64,000 bases of DNA from the UHGV virus genome UHGV-0176771, one strand, 5' to 3'. A program made the position numbers and the translations under genes. Below the pieces are notes generated by a model. That model did no database searches. It worked only from the letters and a program-made list of their open reading frames with translations, and was not told the DNA's origin. This document shows positions 9,079-19,023 of this stretch, one piece after another. Every line of letters starts with the position of its first letter. Positions within the stretch are counted from its first letter, which is position 1. This DNA comes from a virus.

Positions 9079-10113
9079 ATGCTTGAAGATATTAAAAAAG
9101 AATTGCTAAATAATCCAGAAAAGATAAAAGAAGTGTTGGAACATTTTGGATTCAGAAACATTGTGATTCGAAATACATATATGCAATTTGGAAGAGACAA
9201 CAACCCAAAATCTTCTAAAAAATCCATATCTATCAAATTAGTAAATAATAGGTTCCTATATGTTCATGATTATCCCAAAGCAGTAAAAAAAGATTTTTTC
9301 TCATACATCATGGAAGAGAAACGTGTGGACTTTACAGACGTTTTATCTGAGGTGAAACAAGCTTTAAATATTGTTGACTATTATGAACATTTTGAGAGAA
9401 GGGGAATTTTTGGTGGATTTTATGAAAAGATTTATAAAAGAAGTTCTGGAAAGAACTTTACATATGATGAATCTGTTCTACGTGAATATCAGCCAGTATG
9501 TAATTTGAAATTTCTAAAAGATAATATATCACTCGAAGCTCAAAGATATTTTGGAATCAGATATGATATAGAGTCTCAAGGAATTGTGATACCAATTTAT
9601 GATCAAATTGGTCAAATAATAGGTATAAAAGAACGTTTTAATTACGATGTTGAAGATGGCGAAATGAAGTATTTTTATAGTCTTCCTTGCAGCATGTCAC
9701 AAACATTGTATGGATATTCTCATAATTACAACTTTTTAGTAAACGGTACTGTATACATATTTGAAGCAGAGAAGTCAGTTATGCAATGCTACACGTATGG
9801 AATAAGGAACTGTGTTGCCTTGGGAAGTGGAACAATAAGCAAAAAGCAATGTCAAATGATCCTTGAACTTAATCCACAGAAAGTTGTTTTCATGCATGAC
9901 GTTGGTTATGAAATTGAATCTATAGAAAGAAATATTACAATGCTTAGAAATTATTCAAGGTTTTCAGAAATGGAAATTTGGTATTGGGACTATTTTAATA
10001 AGGGATATAAAGACAAAGTGTCTCCATCAGATATGGGGAAGAAAACATTAGAACACATTATAGAAAATGAAATTCATAAGATTGGGGATGATGACATCGA
10101 AGAAGAATTATAA
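9079..10113 (+). CDS. DNA primase, TOPRIM domain (no recognisable N-terminal zinc finger)
   Basis: TOPRIM signature: conserved E in IFEAEKS and a DxD-like FMHDVGYE segment. GGAGTGA RBS. Confidence 0.6.
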   Translation: MLEDIKKELLNNPEKIKEVLEHFGFRNIVIRNTYMQFGRDNNPKSSKKSISIKLVNNRFLYVHDYPKAVKKDFFSYIMEEKRVDFTDVLSEVKQALNIVDYYEHFERRGIFGGFYEKIYKRSSGKNFTYDESVLREYQPVCNLKFLKDNISLEAQRYFGIRYDIESQGIVIPIYDQIGQIIGIKERFNYDVEDGEMKYFYSLPCSMSQTLYGYSHNYNFLVNGTVYIFEAEKSVMQCYTYGIRNCVALGSGTISKKQCQMILELNPQKVVFMHDVGYEIESIERNITMLRNYSRFSEMEIWYWDYFNKGYKDKVSPSDMGKKTLEHIIENEIHKIGDDDIEEEL

Positions 10114-11698
10114 AGTGCTAAATGATTGTAGACAAATGTATGAAGATGAAGTGTTTGAGGTGATTCTAAAACAAAGAGGAATTGCAGATCCGGAGCATTT
10201 TTTTAACCCAACAGAAGATGATTTGTTTCCGTTAGATAACTTATACAGAATTGATGAAGCATTTGACAGACTAGATAAAGCCATAAAGGAAGATGAAAAG
10301 ATTGCTATATTATTCGATACAGATCTTGATGGAACAGCATCTGGAGCTATTATCACACGTTATTTAAGAAACTTTACAAATAATATTGAAACATATATCG
10401 ATGAAGGGAAGCAGCATGGTCTTATTGGACAAGATATTGAGAAATTTTTCGATGCAGATTTACTAATTGTCGTAGACAGTCTTGATAAAAACGAACATCA
10501 ATATAAGAAATTATATGAAAACAAAACGGATGTTATCATTTTGGATCACCATGCAATAAAAGAATCTGTACCATATGATGATTATTCTATTTTGGTTTCA
10601 TCTCAGAGAAAATATAGCAATCCACAATTATCTGGATCAGGAGTAACATGGAAATTCTGTAAATACATGGACGAGCAGTATTTAACTGATTATGCTGACG
10701 AATTAGCTGACCTTGCTGCATGTGGATTAGTAGGAGATATGATGGATATGACCGTTATGGAGAACAGGTACATTGTTTCCAAAGGTTTATCTAAGATCAA
10801 TAATCCTGCAATTAAGAAAATTGTTGGTGGATTTGAGTTTAACAGTACTGCCATTTCTTTCAGTGTTGCTCCCATTATAAATGCAAGTAATAGAATAGGT
10901 AAGAATGATATTGCCATGAAAGCATTTATTGAAGATGATAATAAGACCCTTCTAAAGTATATGAGAGAACTAAAGAAATGTAGAGTACTGCAAAATGAAG
11001 AAGTAGATAGGATTTTACCAGCGGCTATTAATTCGTGTGAAGAACAGAAAGACAAGAAGATGATTGTTGTTTTTATAGATACAGATTATGGAATCAGTGG
11101 ACTGCTTGGGAATAAACTTCTTGAAATATATCAAAGACCTATTTTGATTTTAAAAGATTGTGGTGATACATATAAAGGTTCTATGCGAGCAACCGGTGTA
11201 GATGATTTTAGAAAAATCTGTAATGAAAGTGGACTTGCAAAAGCAGATGGTCATGAGTTAGCCAGTGGTATCGAAATAAAAAAAGAGTTATTGAACGAAT
11301 TTACAATATATATAGAAGAAACTCTTCCGGAATTAAAAGACGATTCGACTACGAATATAGATATTCAACTCGACATTTCTGATATTACAAGAAAGATGGT
11401 AGATCTGATTAAAAGACTTGACAGAATTTCAGGGACAAATTTCCCGTCTGTAAAAGTATATATTGATAATATCTATGATTATGAAATTGGCAATATGAGT
11501 GACTATAAACATTTGACTATTAAACCGAATGACTATCTTCTTATTATAAAGTGGAATTACAATGGTTCTTTTGAAGAGATGGAAGATCATAGTTTAGTTA
11601 ATGATGAATTAAGAGTTGTCGGGACAATTGATTCTGGATTTTTAGGAAGAAAATTTGTTTTAAAAGTAATTTGCGATGAGATTGAAGAGGTGGAATAA
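10067..11698 (+). CDS. RecJ-like DHH-family ssDNA exonuclease
   Basis: DHH motifs (DTDLDG, VVDSLD, ILDHHA) and DHHA1-like GH motif. Start uncertain: 10067, 10088 and 10136 are candidates and none has a clear RBS. Confidence 0.65.
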   Translation: MKFIRLGMMTSKKNYKVLNDCRQMYEDEVFEVILKQRGIADPEHFFNPTEDDLFPLDNLYRIDEAFDRLDKAIKEDEKIAILFDTDLDGTASGAIITRYLRNFTNNIETYIDEGKQHGLIGQDIEKFFDADLLIVVDSLDKNEHQYKKLYENKTDVIILDHHAIKESVPYDDYSILVSSQRKYSNPQLSGSGVTWKFCKYMDEQYLTDYADELADLAACGLVGDMMDMTVMENRYIVSKGLSKINNPAIKKIVGGFEFNSTAISFSVAPIINASNRIGKNDIAMKAFIEDDNKTLLKYMRELKKCRVLQNEEVDRILPAAINSCEEQKDKKMIVVFIDTDYGISGLLGNKLLEIYQRPILILKDCGDTYKGSMRATGVDDFRKICNESGLAKADGHELASGIEIKKELLNEFTIYIEETLPELKDDSTTNIDIQLDISDITRKMVDLIKRLDRISGTNFPSVKVYIDNIYDYEIGNMSDYKHLTIKPNDYLLIIKWNYNGSFEEMEDHSLVNDELRVVGTIDSGFLGRKFVLKVICDEIEEVE

Positions 11699-14600
11699 AT
11701 GAACTATAAAAATTTGATTGAAAAAATTATTCCAACTCTAACATTTAAGTTTCCGTATTCAGTCGATGATTATGCCGAAAATTTATACTTAGAAAATTAT
11801 CATTGTCATAAAGATTTCAGTAACGTAAGTACGGCAGATTGTGCTGAATCAATTGAAAATTACGCAAATAGAATTCATCAATTTGGAACAAAGTGTTTAT
11901 TTTCTGGAGACCATGGTTCCCAAGGAAATCAGTTCTATGTATATAAAGTTGCAGAAAATGAAAAACTGAAATACATACATTCCTGTGAAGCATATTGGGT
12001 AAAAGACAGAAAAGAAAAAGATCGAGCAAATTGCCATATGGTTATTGCTGCGAAGAATGCGGAAGGAAGAGAAGACATAAACTATGCGTTGTCTATTGCA
12101 AATGAAGATGGGTATTATTATAAACCAAGAATTGATTTAGATTTGCTTTTTAATATCCCAAAAGACAATGTGATTGTAACTTCAGCATGTATATCTGGAT
12201 GGAATTATGAGGATGCTGAAGAAATCTGGCTAAAAATACATGATTATTTTGGCGATAATTTTTTTCTTGAAATACAATATCATAATACGGAAAAGCAAAA
12301 ACGTTTAAATGAAAGAATTTTATCTCTAGCAAAAAAACATAATATTCAAATTATTTGTGGGTTGGACAGTCATTATGTAAAAGATGAAAATTCTGTTAAA
12401 AGAGATCAGATTTTAAAATATAAAGATATATCTTATCCAGATGAGTATGGATGGTATATGGATTATCCAGACACAAAAACAGTAATTTGCAGATTAAAAG
12501 AACAAGGAGTTTTATCAGATGAAGAAATCATGAGATCCATTATGAATACAAACATATTTGTTTCTGAATGCGATGAAATTGTCCTTGATAGAACGTTCAA
12601 GATCCCAAGTGTTTACAAAGGCAAAACTTACGAAGAAAAATGCAGAGTATATAAGAATCTTCTAAATGTTGCTTATGCAAAAGAAAAAGAAAAATCAAAA
12701 GAAAAAGCAAATGGAATTCGATATGAAGCGAAAGAAGTAATAGAATCTAATGTTGTTGATTACTTTTTGACAAGCCAAAGAATAGTACATGATGCGGTTA
12801 ATAACGAAGGTGGAATTTTGACCAGAACGTCCAGAGGAAGTGCTGCTTCATTTATTACAAATAAGCTACTGGGATTAACAACAGTCGATAGATTTAATGC
12901 AGATATACCGATTTATCCTGAAAGATTCCTAACAAAAGAGCGTGTGCTTGCAGGTCAAATGCCCGATATTGATTTGAATGTTTCAGCCCAGGAACCATTT
13001 GTAAGAGCTACAAAAAAGCTATTAGGAGAACATGGTTGTTACCCGTTGATGGCTATAGAAAAATTAAAAGAAAAAGCAGCGTGGCAATTGTACGCGGGAG
13101 TAAATGATGTTAGTCCGGAAGACGCTAATAAAATTTCGAAATATCTTGATGAGTATAATAAAGCATTAAAATACGCTGAAGATGATGAGAAAGATGATAT
13201 CCATGTTGAAGACTTTATTCCAAATGAATATGTAGAATTATTTAAAAGAAGTAATGAGTATCAAGGGATTACAATAAATTTAAAGGTTCATGCTTGTGGT
13301 CACTTTATTTTTGATGGAGATATCAGAAGAGAAGTAGGATTGATCAGTGCAGTATCTGAAACAACTGGAAAGAGAACTTTATGTGCTGCCATAGAAGGTG
13401 GAATGCTGGATGAATTTGGATATGTAAAAGAAGATTTTCTCATTGTAGATAGTGTGTCTCTTACATATAAATTCTTTAATGCAATAGGAAGAGAAGTTCC
13501 TACATTTGATGAGCTAAGACATATGATTGACGGAGATAAATTGACATGGGATATCTATGAAAAAGGGATCACTTGTTGCATTAATCAGTGTGAAAAAGAA
13601 GCTACTACAAATAGAGTAAAGAAATATAAACCAAAAACTTTGGCGGAGTTAAGTAGCTTCATTGCAGCCATTAGACCAGGGTTTGCTTCGCTTTTAAGTA
13701 CGTTTTTGAATAGAGAATATTATACAACAGGTGAGTCTAAAATTGATGAGTTATTACAAGATACTGCTCATTTTATGATTTACCAAGAATCAATTATGAA
13801 AGTTTTATCATTCCTTAAATTGGAAATGGGGGAAACATATGGAGTAATTAAATCTATTTCAAAGAAGAAATTAAAAGGCGAAAAAAAGAAAAACTTACTT
13901 AATGATTTGACGGATTCCTGGATAGAAGAGTTTCATAATAAAAATAATTTCAACAATGTTTGGAATGTAATTGAAGACTCTGCCAGATACGCATTTAATG
14001 CTCCTCATGCTTACAGTATGGGAGGGGACAGTGCATATCAGGCGTGGTTCAAGGCACATTATACAGCAACGTTTTATGAGGTGGCGATTAACCACTATCA
14101 AGAAAAGGGAAATAAAGATAAAATCGATGCACTCATTAAAGAAGCAATTAAGTTTTTTGGCTATAAATTTGGTGACTATGAATTTGGGGTAGATAATAGA
14201 AGAGTTGTTATAGATGAAGAAAATAAAATTATTTATCCAAATTTATCTAAGATAAAAGGATTTGGAGAAGGTGTTGCGGAGGCTTTGTATAATATTGGAA
14301 AACAAGATTACGAAAATTTTATAGAAGTAATTTCAGCAGCTCTTAAAAATTCTATTAGTAAGACTATTTTGAAAAATCTTATTAAGATAAAATATTTCAA
14401 AAAATATGGAGATGTCAACACTCTTTTAGCCACTTTTAAATATTATAACCTATTAAAAGGAGGGGAGACTAAAGTAATTTCTAAAGAAAAGGCAATGGAT
14501 AATAATTTAACTTTTGATTTGCTTAATAAATATGGGAATGAAACGGAAAAACAATTCAATAAAATTGATTCAAAAGGGTTACTAAATGAATTGATAAATA

Positions 14601-14989
14601 CGATTGAGTACAAACCTTTGACAGTAAAAGAAGAATTAGACAATCAAAAAGATGTTCTTGATATCATTACATATGTAAATCCAAAAGTTAGTAAAAGATT
14701 ATATTATGTCGATATTTTGGATGAAAAGAAAACGGTTACTAATATTTCTTTATATGAGATATTCAGTGGGAAAACTCGTAAAGTCAAGATGTGGACAAGT
14801 CAATTTTCAAGAAATCCATTTTCAGAAAAAGACTTATTAAACATACATGTTATTGAAAAGAAACATAAGAAAGAGCCTACAGGAGAAATAAATCCAAAGA
14901 CAGGAAAGAAAATCTATGCAGATGTTCCGGACAAATTTGAATACTGGTTGAAAGCTTACACAATTAAAAGAGAGGATGATGATTTATAA
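11699..14989 (+). CDS. dnaE: DNA polymerase III alpha subunit (DnaE-type, N-terminal PHP domain)
   Basis: PHP motifs (HCHKDFSN) and polymerase active-site PDIDLN. 1096 aa. GAGGTGG RBS. Confidence 0.85.
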   Translation: MNYKNLIEKIIPTLTFKFPYSVDDYAENLYLENYHCHKDFSNVSTADCAESIENYANRIHQFGTKCLFSGDHGSQGNQFYVYKVAENEKLKYIHSCEAYWVKDRKEKDRANCHMVIAAKNAEGREDINYALSIANEDGYYYKPRIDLDLLFNIPKDNVIVTSACISGWNYEDAEEIWLKIHDYFGDNFFLEIQYHNTEKQKRLNERILSLAKKHNIQIICGLDSHYVKDENSVKRDQILKYKDISYPDEYGWYMDYPDTKTVICRLKEQGVLSDEEIMRSIMNTNIFVSECDEIVLDRTFKIPSVYKGKTYEEKCRVYKNLLNVAYAKEKEKSKEKANGIRYEAKEVIESNVVDYFLTSQRIVHDAVNNEGGILTRTSRGSAASFITNKLLGLTTVDRFNADIPIYPERFLTKERVLAGQMPDIDLNVSAQEPFVRATKKLLGEHGCYPLMAIEKLKEKAAWQLYAGVNDVSPEDANKISKYLDEYNKALKYAEDDEKDDIHVEDFIPNEYVELFKRSNEYQGITINLKVHACGHFIFDGDIRREVGLISAVSETTGKRTLCAAIEGGMLDEFGYVKEDFLIVDSVSLTYKFFNAIGREVPTFDELRHMIDGDKLTWDIYEKGITCCINQCEKEATTNRVKKYKPKTLAELSSFIAAIRPGFASLLSTFLNREYYTTGESKIDELLQDTAHFMIYQESIMKVLSFLKLEMGETYGVIKSISKKKLKGEKKKNLLNDLTDSWIEEFHNKNNFNNVWNVIEDSARYAFNAPHAYSMGGDSAYQAWFKAHYTATFYEVAINHYQEKGNKDKIDALIKEAIKFFGYKFGDYEFGVDNRRVVIDEENKIIYPNLSKIKGFGEGVAEALYNIGKQDYENFIEVISAALKNSISKTILKNLIKIKYFKKYGDVNTLLATFKYYNLLKGGETKVISKEKAMDNNLTFDLLNKYGNETEKQFNKIDSKGLLNELINTIEYKPLTVKEELDNQKDVLDIITYVNPKVSKRLYYVDILDEKKTVTNISLYEIFSGKTRKVKMWTSQFSRNPFSEKDLLNIHVIEKKHKKEPTGEINPKTGKKIYADVPDKFEYWLKAYTIKREDDDL

Positions 14990-15024
14990 AATTTTATTAT
15001 ACCGCGGCGCAATTAAAAGATCTT

Positions 15025-15516
15025 GTGTCACACTTAGTTGTGCTGCACACAGGAAATGAACAAAAGAATCAACACATTTTGGATTATTTTGATAAAAAAG
15101 GTATTAAGCATAAGGCAAAAGCTCTGAAGACAGGAGACTATAGTTTTATGATTGAAGCATGTCCAGAGTTGGGTTTTGTGAGAGATACATATTTTACAGA
15201 TGAGCTATGCATTGAGAGAAAAAATTCTATTGGTGAACTTGCAGGAAATATAAAAGAAAAGGATGAGAGGTTCTTCAAAGAATTAAATCGTATGATAAAT
15301 ATTAAAAATACGTATCTTTTAATAGAAAATAATTGTGTAGATGATATCATTGAGCACCGTTATGACTCACAATATAATGAGCTAGCTTTTATAAGAAGAA
15401 TTCTTGGAATACAAAAGACGGCGAATCTATATGTAAATTTCGTTAAGAAAGAGAACATGGGATTTATGATTTACGAAATTTGTTATAGTGCATTAATGAA
15501 TCATATTTTGAAATAA
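15025..15516 (+). CDS. ERCC4-type (XPF/Mus81/Hef-like) nuclease domain protein; putative structure-specific endonuclease or resolvase
   Basis: GDY and ERKxxxxL motifs in canonical order and spacing (KTGDYSF ... CIERKNSIGELAGNI). GTG start, no clear RBS. Confidence 0.4.
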   Translation: MSHLVVLHTGNEQKNQHILDYFDKKGIKHKAKALKTGDYSFMIEACPELGFVRDTYFTDELCIERKNSIGELAGNIKEKDERFFKELNRMINIKNTYLLIENNCVDDIIEHRYDSQYNELAFIRRILGIQKTANLYVNFVKKENMGFMIYEICYSALMNHILK

Positions 15517-15526
15517 AAAAGGAGAG

Positions 15527-15763
15527 TTGACAATGAACGCAGATAATGTTATTGTGTTAAGTTTTTCAATTTTATTTGTGATATATGCAATTGTTGAAAT
15601 CTTAAATGTTGTGGCAAATGTAAAAGTTAGAAACACTTATTCTGAATATCGAGATTTAATAAAAGAGCAGAATGATTTATTAATTCAAGATATTCATTAC
15701 TTAAAAACACTTCTTGGAATTGCAATCGACAAAGCAGAATCAAATAATAAAGTTGGTGAATAA
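15527..15763 (+). CDS. Small membrane protein
   Basis: AAAGGAGAG RBS; single hydrophobic helix. Confidence 0.3.
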   Translation: MTMNADNVIVLSFSILFVIYAIVEILNVVANVKVRNTYSEYRDLIKEQNDLLIQDIHYLKTLLGIAIDKAESNNKVGE

Positions 15764-15765
15764 GG

Positions 15766-15909
15766 ATGAACAAAATTGAAATTATATTTTGGTTTTTGAT
15801 CTTATTATTTTGTAGTTTGTACATCATTACTTATCTAGTTATGTTATCTAATTTTATACAAGCAGAAAGGTTCGAAAAGAAGATTAGGAAATGGAGAAAT
15901 AGAAAATGA
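15766..15909 (+). CDS. Small hydrophobic protein (47 aa), stop overlaps folD start
   Basis: Manually found ORF, below the ORF-track cutoff. Hydrophobic N-terminus and basic C-terminus. Weak RBS. Confidence 0.2.
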   Translation: MNKIEIIFWFLILLFCSLYIITYLVMLSNFIQAERFEKKIRKWRNRK

Positions 15910-16736
15910 GAACTGAAATTGTATCTTGCAAAGACTATGTAGACATTAAAAAGAAGGAACTAAAAGAAGAGATCAAACATCTTGATAAAAAACCAGTCCT
16001 TGCCGTAATTCAGATTGATGATGATAAGGCTTCAAATTCCTATATTAAAGGAAAGCAAAAAGATTGCGATGAAATCGGAATGGAAATGCGTCATGTAAAT
16101 ATTTATTCCAATGCGGCAGAACAGAAGGAAGTCGAATGTATTATAAAAGATATTGCAAATTCTGACGCAGATGGTATTATTATTCAACTTCCAATTCCAG
16201 ATAAATATGATTTGGAAAGATTACAGAATCTGATTCCGCCAGAAAAAGATGTGGATGGATTTAGAAGAGATAGTTGTTTCAAACCATGTACGCCAAAAGG
16301 AATTATCGATTGGATGGAATACAATGACTTTGAATTTAAAGGCAAAGACTGCTGTGTATTAGGCAGAAGTAAAATTGTTGGACTTCCGTTGACTAATATG
16401 TTGATCGAAAAAGGTGCAACTGTTACATGCTGCAATAGTACGACTCCGAGTACATGGTACTACACTAGACACGCAGATTATGTTTTTTCTGCAGTTGGAA
16501 TTCCAAACTATTTTGATTTTTCTGACTTCACAAATTTATGCGAACTTATTGTAGATATTGGAATTAATCGAGATGAGGATGGAAAATTATGTGGTGATGT
16601 AAACAATGTTGGTTTTGAGAATAGTTTAAATGATACATTTGTTACGCCGGTACCTGGCGGGGTAGGATTACTCACAAGATTGGCATTAATGCAAAATGTT
16701 GTAGATGCATATAAAGTTCAGAAAATGAAAGGATGA
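15906..16736 (+). CDS. folD: Bifunctional methylenetetrahydrofolate dehydrogenase / methenyl-THF cyclohydrolase FolD
   Basis: FolD family signature segments (GRSKIVGLPLTNML, GATVTCCNS, PVPGGVG) and length (276 aa). Confidence 0.85.
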   Translation: MRTEIVSCKDYVDIKKKELKEEIKHLDKKPVLAVIQIDDDKASNSYIKGKQKDCDEIGMEMRHVNIYSNAAEQKEVECIIKDIANSDADGIIIQLPIPDKYDLERLQNLIPPEKDVDGFRRDSCFKPCTPKGIIDWMEYNDFEFKGKDCCVLGRSKIVGLPLTNMLIEKGATVTCCNSTTPSTWYYTRHADYVFSAVGIPNYFDFSDFTNLCELIVDIGINRDEDGKLCGDVNNVGFENSLNDTFVTPVPGGVGLLTRLALMQNVVDAYKVQKMKG

Positions 16737-16740
16737 TTGA

Positions 16741-17019
16741 ATGTTTAAATTTTTTAAATGTAATCACGAATATAAAGAAGTCGGCAAATATTACACAATC
16801 GTAATGGATTATGACTGTAAACATATTATGGCTGTTTCCGTATCCGAGTGTGCAGTTTGTGGAGAACGAAAATCTGATGTTGTATATGAAGAAACTATTT
16901 CTTCAAATTCAGAATACGAAGTTGATGACGTGATTCAAACATTAGAAGATAGAGGGTTTTGTCCGAAATTAAACTTCATGTTGGATGATTATGAACGAAG
17001 AAAAAATGCAAAGGAGTGA
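16741..17019 (+). CDS. Hypothetical CxxC protein
   Basis: ORF only. Confidence 0.3.
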   Translation: MFKFFKCNHEYKEVGKYYTIVMDYDCKHIMAVSVSECAVCGERKSDVVYEETISSNSEYEVDDVIQTLEDRGFCPKLNFMLDDYERRKNAKE

Positions 17020-17023
17020 TTTG

Positions 17024-18976
17024 ATGGACAAGGTCAAAAGAATTAAAGAGCTTGTAGAGCAGCTAAACGAATATAGAGATGCTTACTATAATGAAGCAAG
17101 ATCTGATGTTTCTGATGCAGAATACGATAGATTATTCGATGAATTATCGGAGCTTGAAAATGAAACTGGTGTTGTGTATACGAATTCGCCAACACAGTCC
17201 GTTGGGTATGAGGTGAAATCTGAACTAGAAAAGGTTAAACATTCCCATCCAATGCTATCACTTGATAAAACAAAATCTGTAGATGATTTAGTAAAATTTG
17301 CTAGAGATAAAGACTGTATTTTAAGTCTGAAAATGGATGGATTGACATGTCTTCTTACATATGAAAATGGAGAGTTGGTTCAGGCAGAAACTCGTGGAGA
17401 TGGAGAGATTGGTGAATTAATTACTCACAATGCAAGAGTATTTGATAATATTCCGTTATCGATTGATTATAAAGGTCATTTTGAAATCGAAGGAGAAGCT
17501 ATTATTACATATGAAGACTTTGACAAAATCAATAAGTCATTGCCAGACGATAAAAAATATAAGAATCCGAGAAATTTAGCTTCTGGATCTGTACGACAAT
17601 TAGACAGTAAAATTGCAGCACAACGTCATATCAAATTTATTGCGTGGAAAGTGCCAACAGATATTGCGTCAAGTAGTTTTATCAATAGATTGCAGTATGC
17701 TGTAGAATTGGGATTTGACACTGTTCCGCTTTTGCCTATTCGTGGAAATTGCAATGCTGAATTTATTAATATTGTGGTAGAACAATTACGAAAACGTGCA
17801 AATGAAAAGAGCTTTCCGATTGATGGCTTAGTGGCAACGTACAATGATATTACATACGGAGAGTCACTTGGAATGACAGGTCATCATCCCAAACATTCTA
17901 TTGCATTTAAATTCGCAGAGGACTCAGAAGAAACTGTATTGAGAGAAATTGAATGGAGTATGGGCAAGACAGGAACTCTTACGCCAGTAGCAATTTTTGA
18001 TTCAGTTGATTTGGCAGGAACATCAGTGAGTAGAGCTTCATTGCACAACATTAGTATTATGAAAGAATTGAATATTTCTATCGGATCAACAGTAACAGTT
18101 GTAAAGAAGAATGAAATTATTCCACAGATTATTTCCTGCGATGCAAATGCTATGGATGCAGATATTCCTACAACATGTCCTGTATGTGGCGGAGAGACTC
18201 GGATTGTAAAAGAAAACGATTCAGAAGTTTTAATGTGTGTTAATCCTCATTGTAAAGGCAAGCTACTAGGAAGAGTTTCTCATTTTGTTTCCAAGAAAGG
18301 TATGGATATCTCAGGTTTGTCAGAAGAAACAATTAAGAAACTCATTGAACTTGGATGGATTGCAGAGATTACAGACATCTACAATCTTGACCAGTATTAT
18401 GATAGGCTTTCTACGATGTCTGGATTTGGAAAGAAATCAGTAGACAAGTTAAGAAAATCAATTGAAAACAGCAAAACCGTAAGATTGGATAAATTTATTG
18501 CATCATTAAGTATTCCTGGGATTGGAACATCACAGTCAAAAGAGCTGGTTAAAGCTTTTGGTGCATGGGACAAGTTTAGGGATGCCAGCGTTGGTTATTA
18601 TAACTTTACGCAGCTTGACGGTTTTGGAGACGTATTAAATAACAATATTCATTCTTGGTTTGAAGATATGAGTAATATTGCAGATTATCTTGCTTCTCTT
18701 ATGACGTTTGAATCAGAAGACAATTCTAAAACAAGCAATTCTTTGAATGGCAAATCATTTGTTGTTACCGGAAAAGTATATAAATTCAAAAATCGTGATG
18801 AAGTAAAAGAAGCTATTGAAAAATTCGGTGGGAAAGTAACAGGTTCTGTAACAAAATCCACATTTGCTTTAATCAATAACGATATAGAATCCAATAGCAG
18901 TAAAAATAAAAAAGCAAAGGAACTTGGTGTTCAGATTATTAACGAAGAACAGTTAATTGAGATGTTGGGCATGTAG
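17024..18976 (+). CDS. ligA: NAD-dependent DNA ligase LigA
   Basis: KxDG adenylation motif (LKMDGL), four-Cys zinc finger (CPVCG ... CVNPHC), HhH region and C-terminal BRCT. AAGGAG RBS 7 nt before ATG 17024. The longer ORF from 16985 overlaps the upstream gene. Confidence 0.9.
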   Translation: MDKVKRIKELVEQLNEYRDAYYNEARSDVSDAEYDRLFDELSELENETGVVYTNSPTQSVGYEVKSELEKVKHSHPMLSLDKTKSVDDLVKFARDKDCILSLKMDGLTCLLTYENGELVQAETRGDGEIGELITHNARVFDNIPLSIDYKGHFEIEGEAIITYEDFDKINKSLPDDKKYKNPRNLASGSVRQLDSKIAAQRHIKFIAWKVPTDIASSSFINRLQYAVELGFDTVPLLPIRGNCNAEFINIVVEQLRKRANEKSFPIDGLVATYNDITYGESLGMTGHHPKHSIAFKFAEDSEETVLREIEWSMGKTGTLTPVAIFDSVDLAGTSVSRASLHNISIMKELNISIGSTVTVVKKNEIIPQIISCDANAMDADIPTTCPVCGGETRIVKENDSEVLMCVNPHCKGKLLGRVSHFVSKKGMDISGLSEETIKKLIELGWIAEITDIYNLDQYYDRLSTMSGFGKKSVDKLRKSIENSKTVRLDKFIASLSIPGIGTSQSKELVKAFGAWDKFRDASVGYYNFTQLDGFGDVLNNNIHSWFEDMSNIADYLASLMTFESEDNSKTSNSLNGKSFVVTGKVYKFKNRDEVKEAIEKFGGKVTGSVTKSTFALINNDIESNSSKNKKAKELGVQIINEEQLIEMLGM

Positions 18977-19023
18977 TTATTCTGCATACCGAAACAACAT
19001 TATAATAGGAAGGAGTTTTGATT

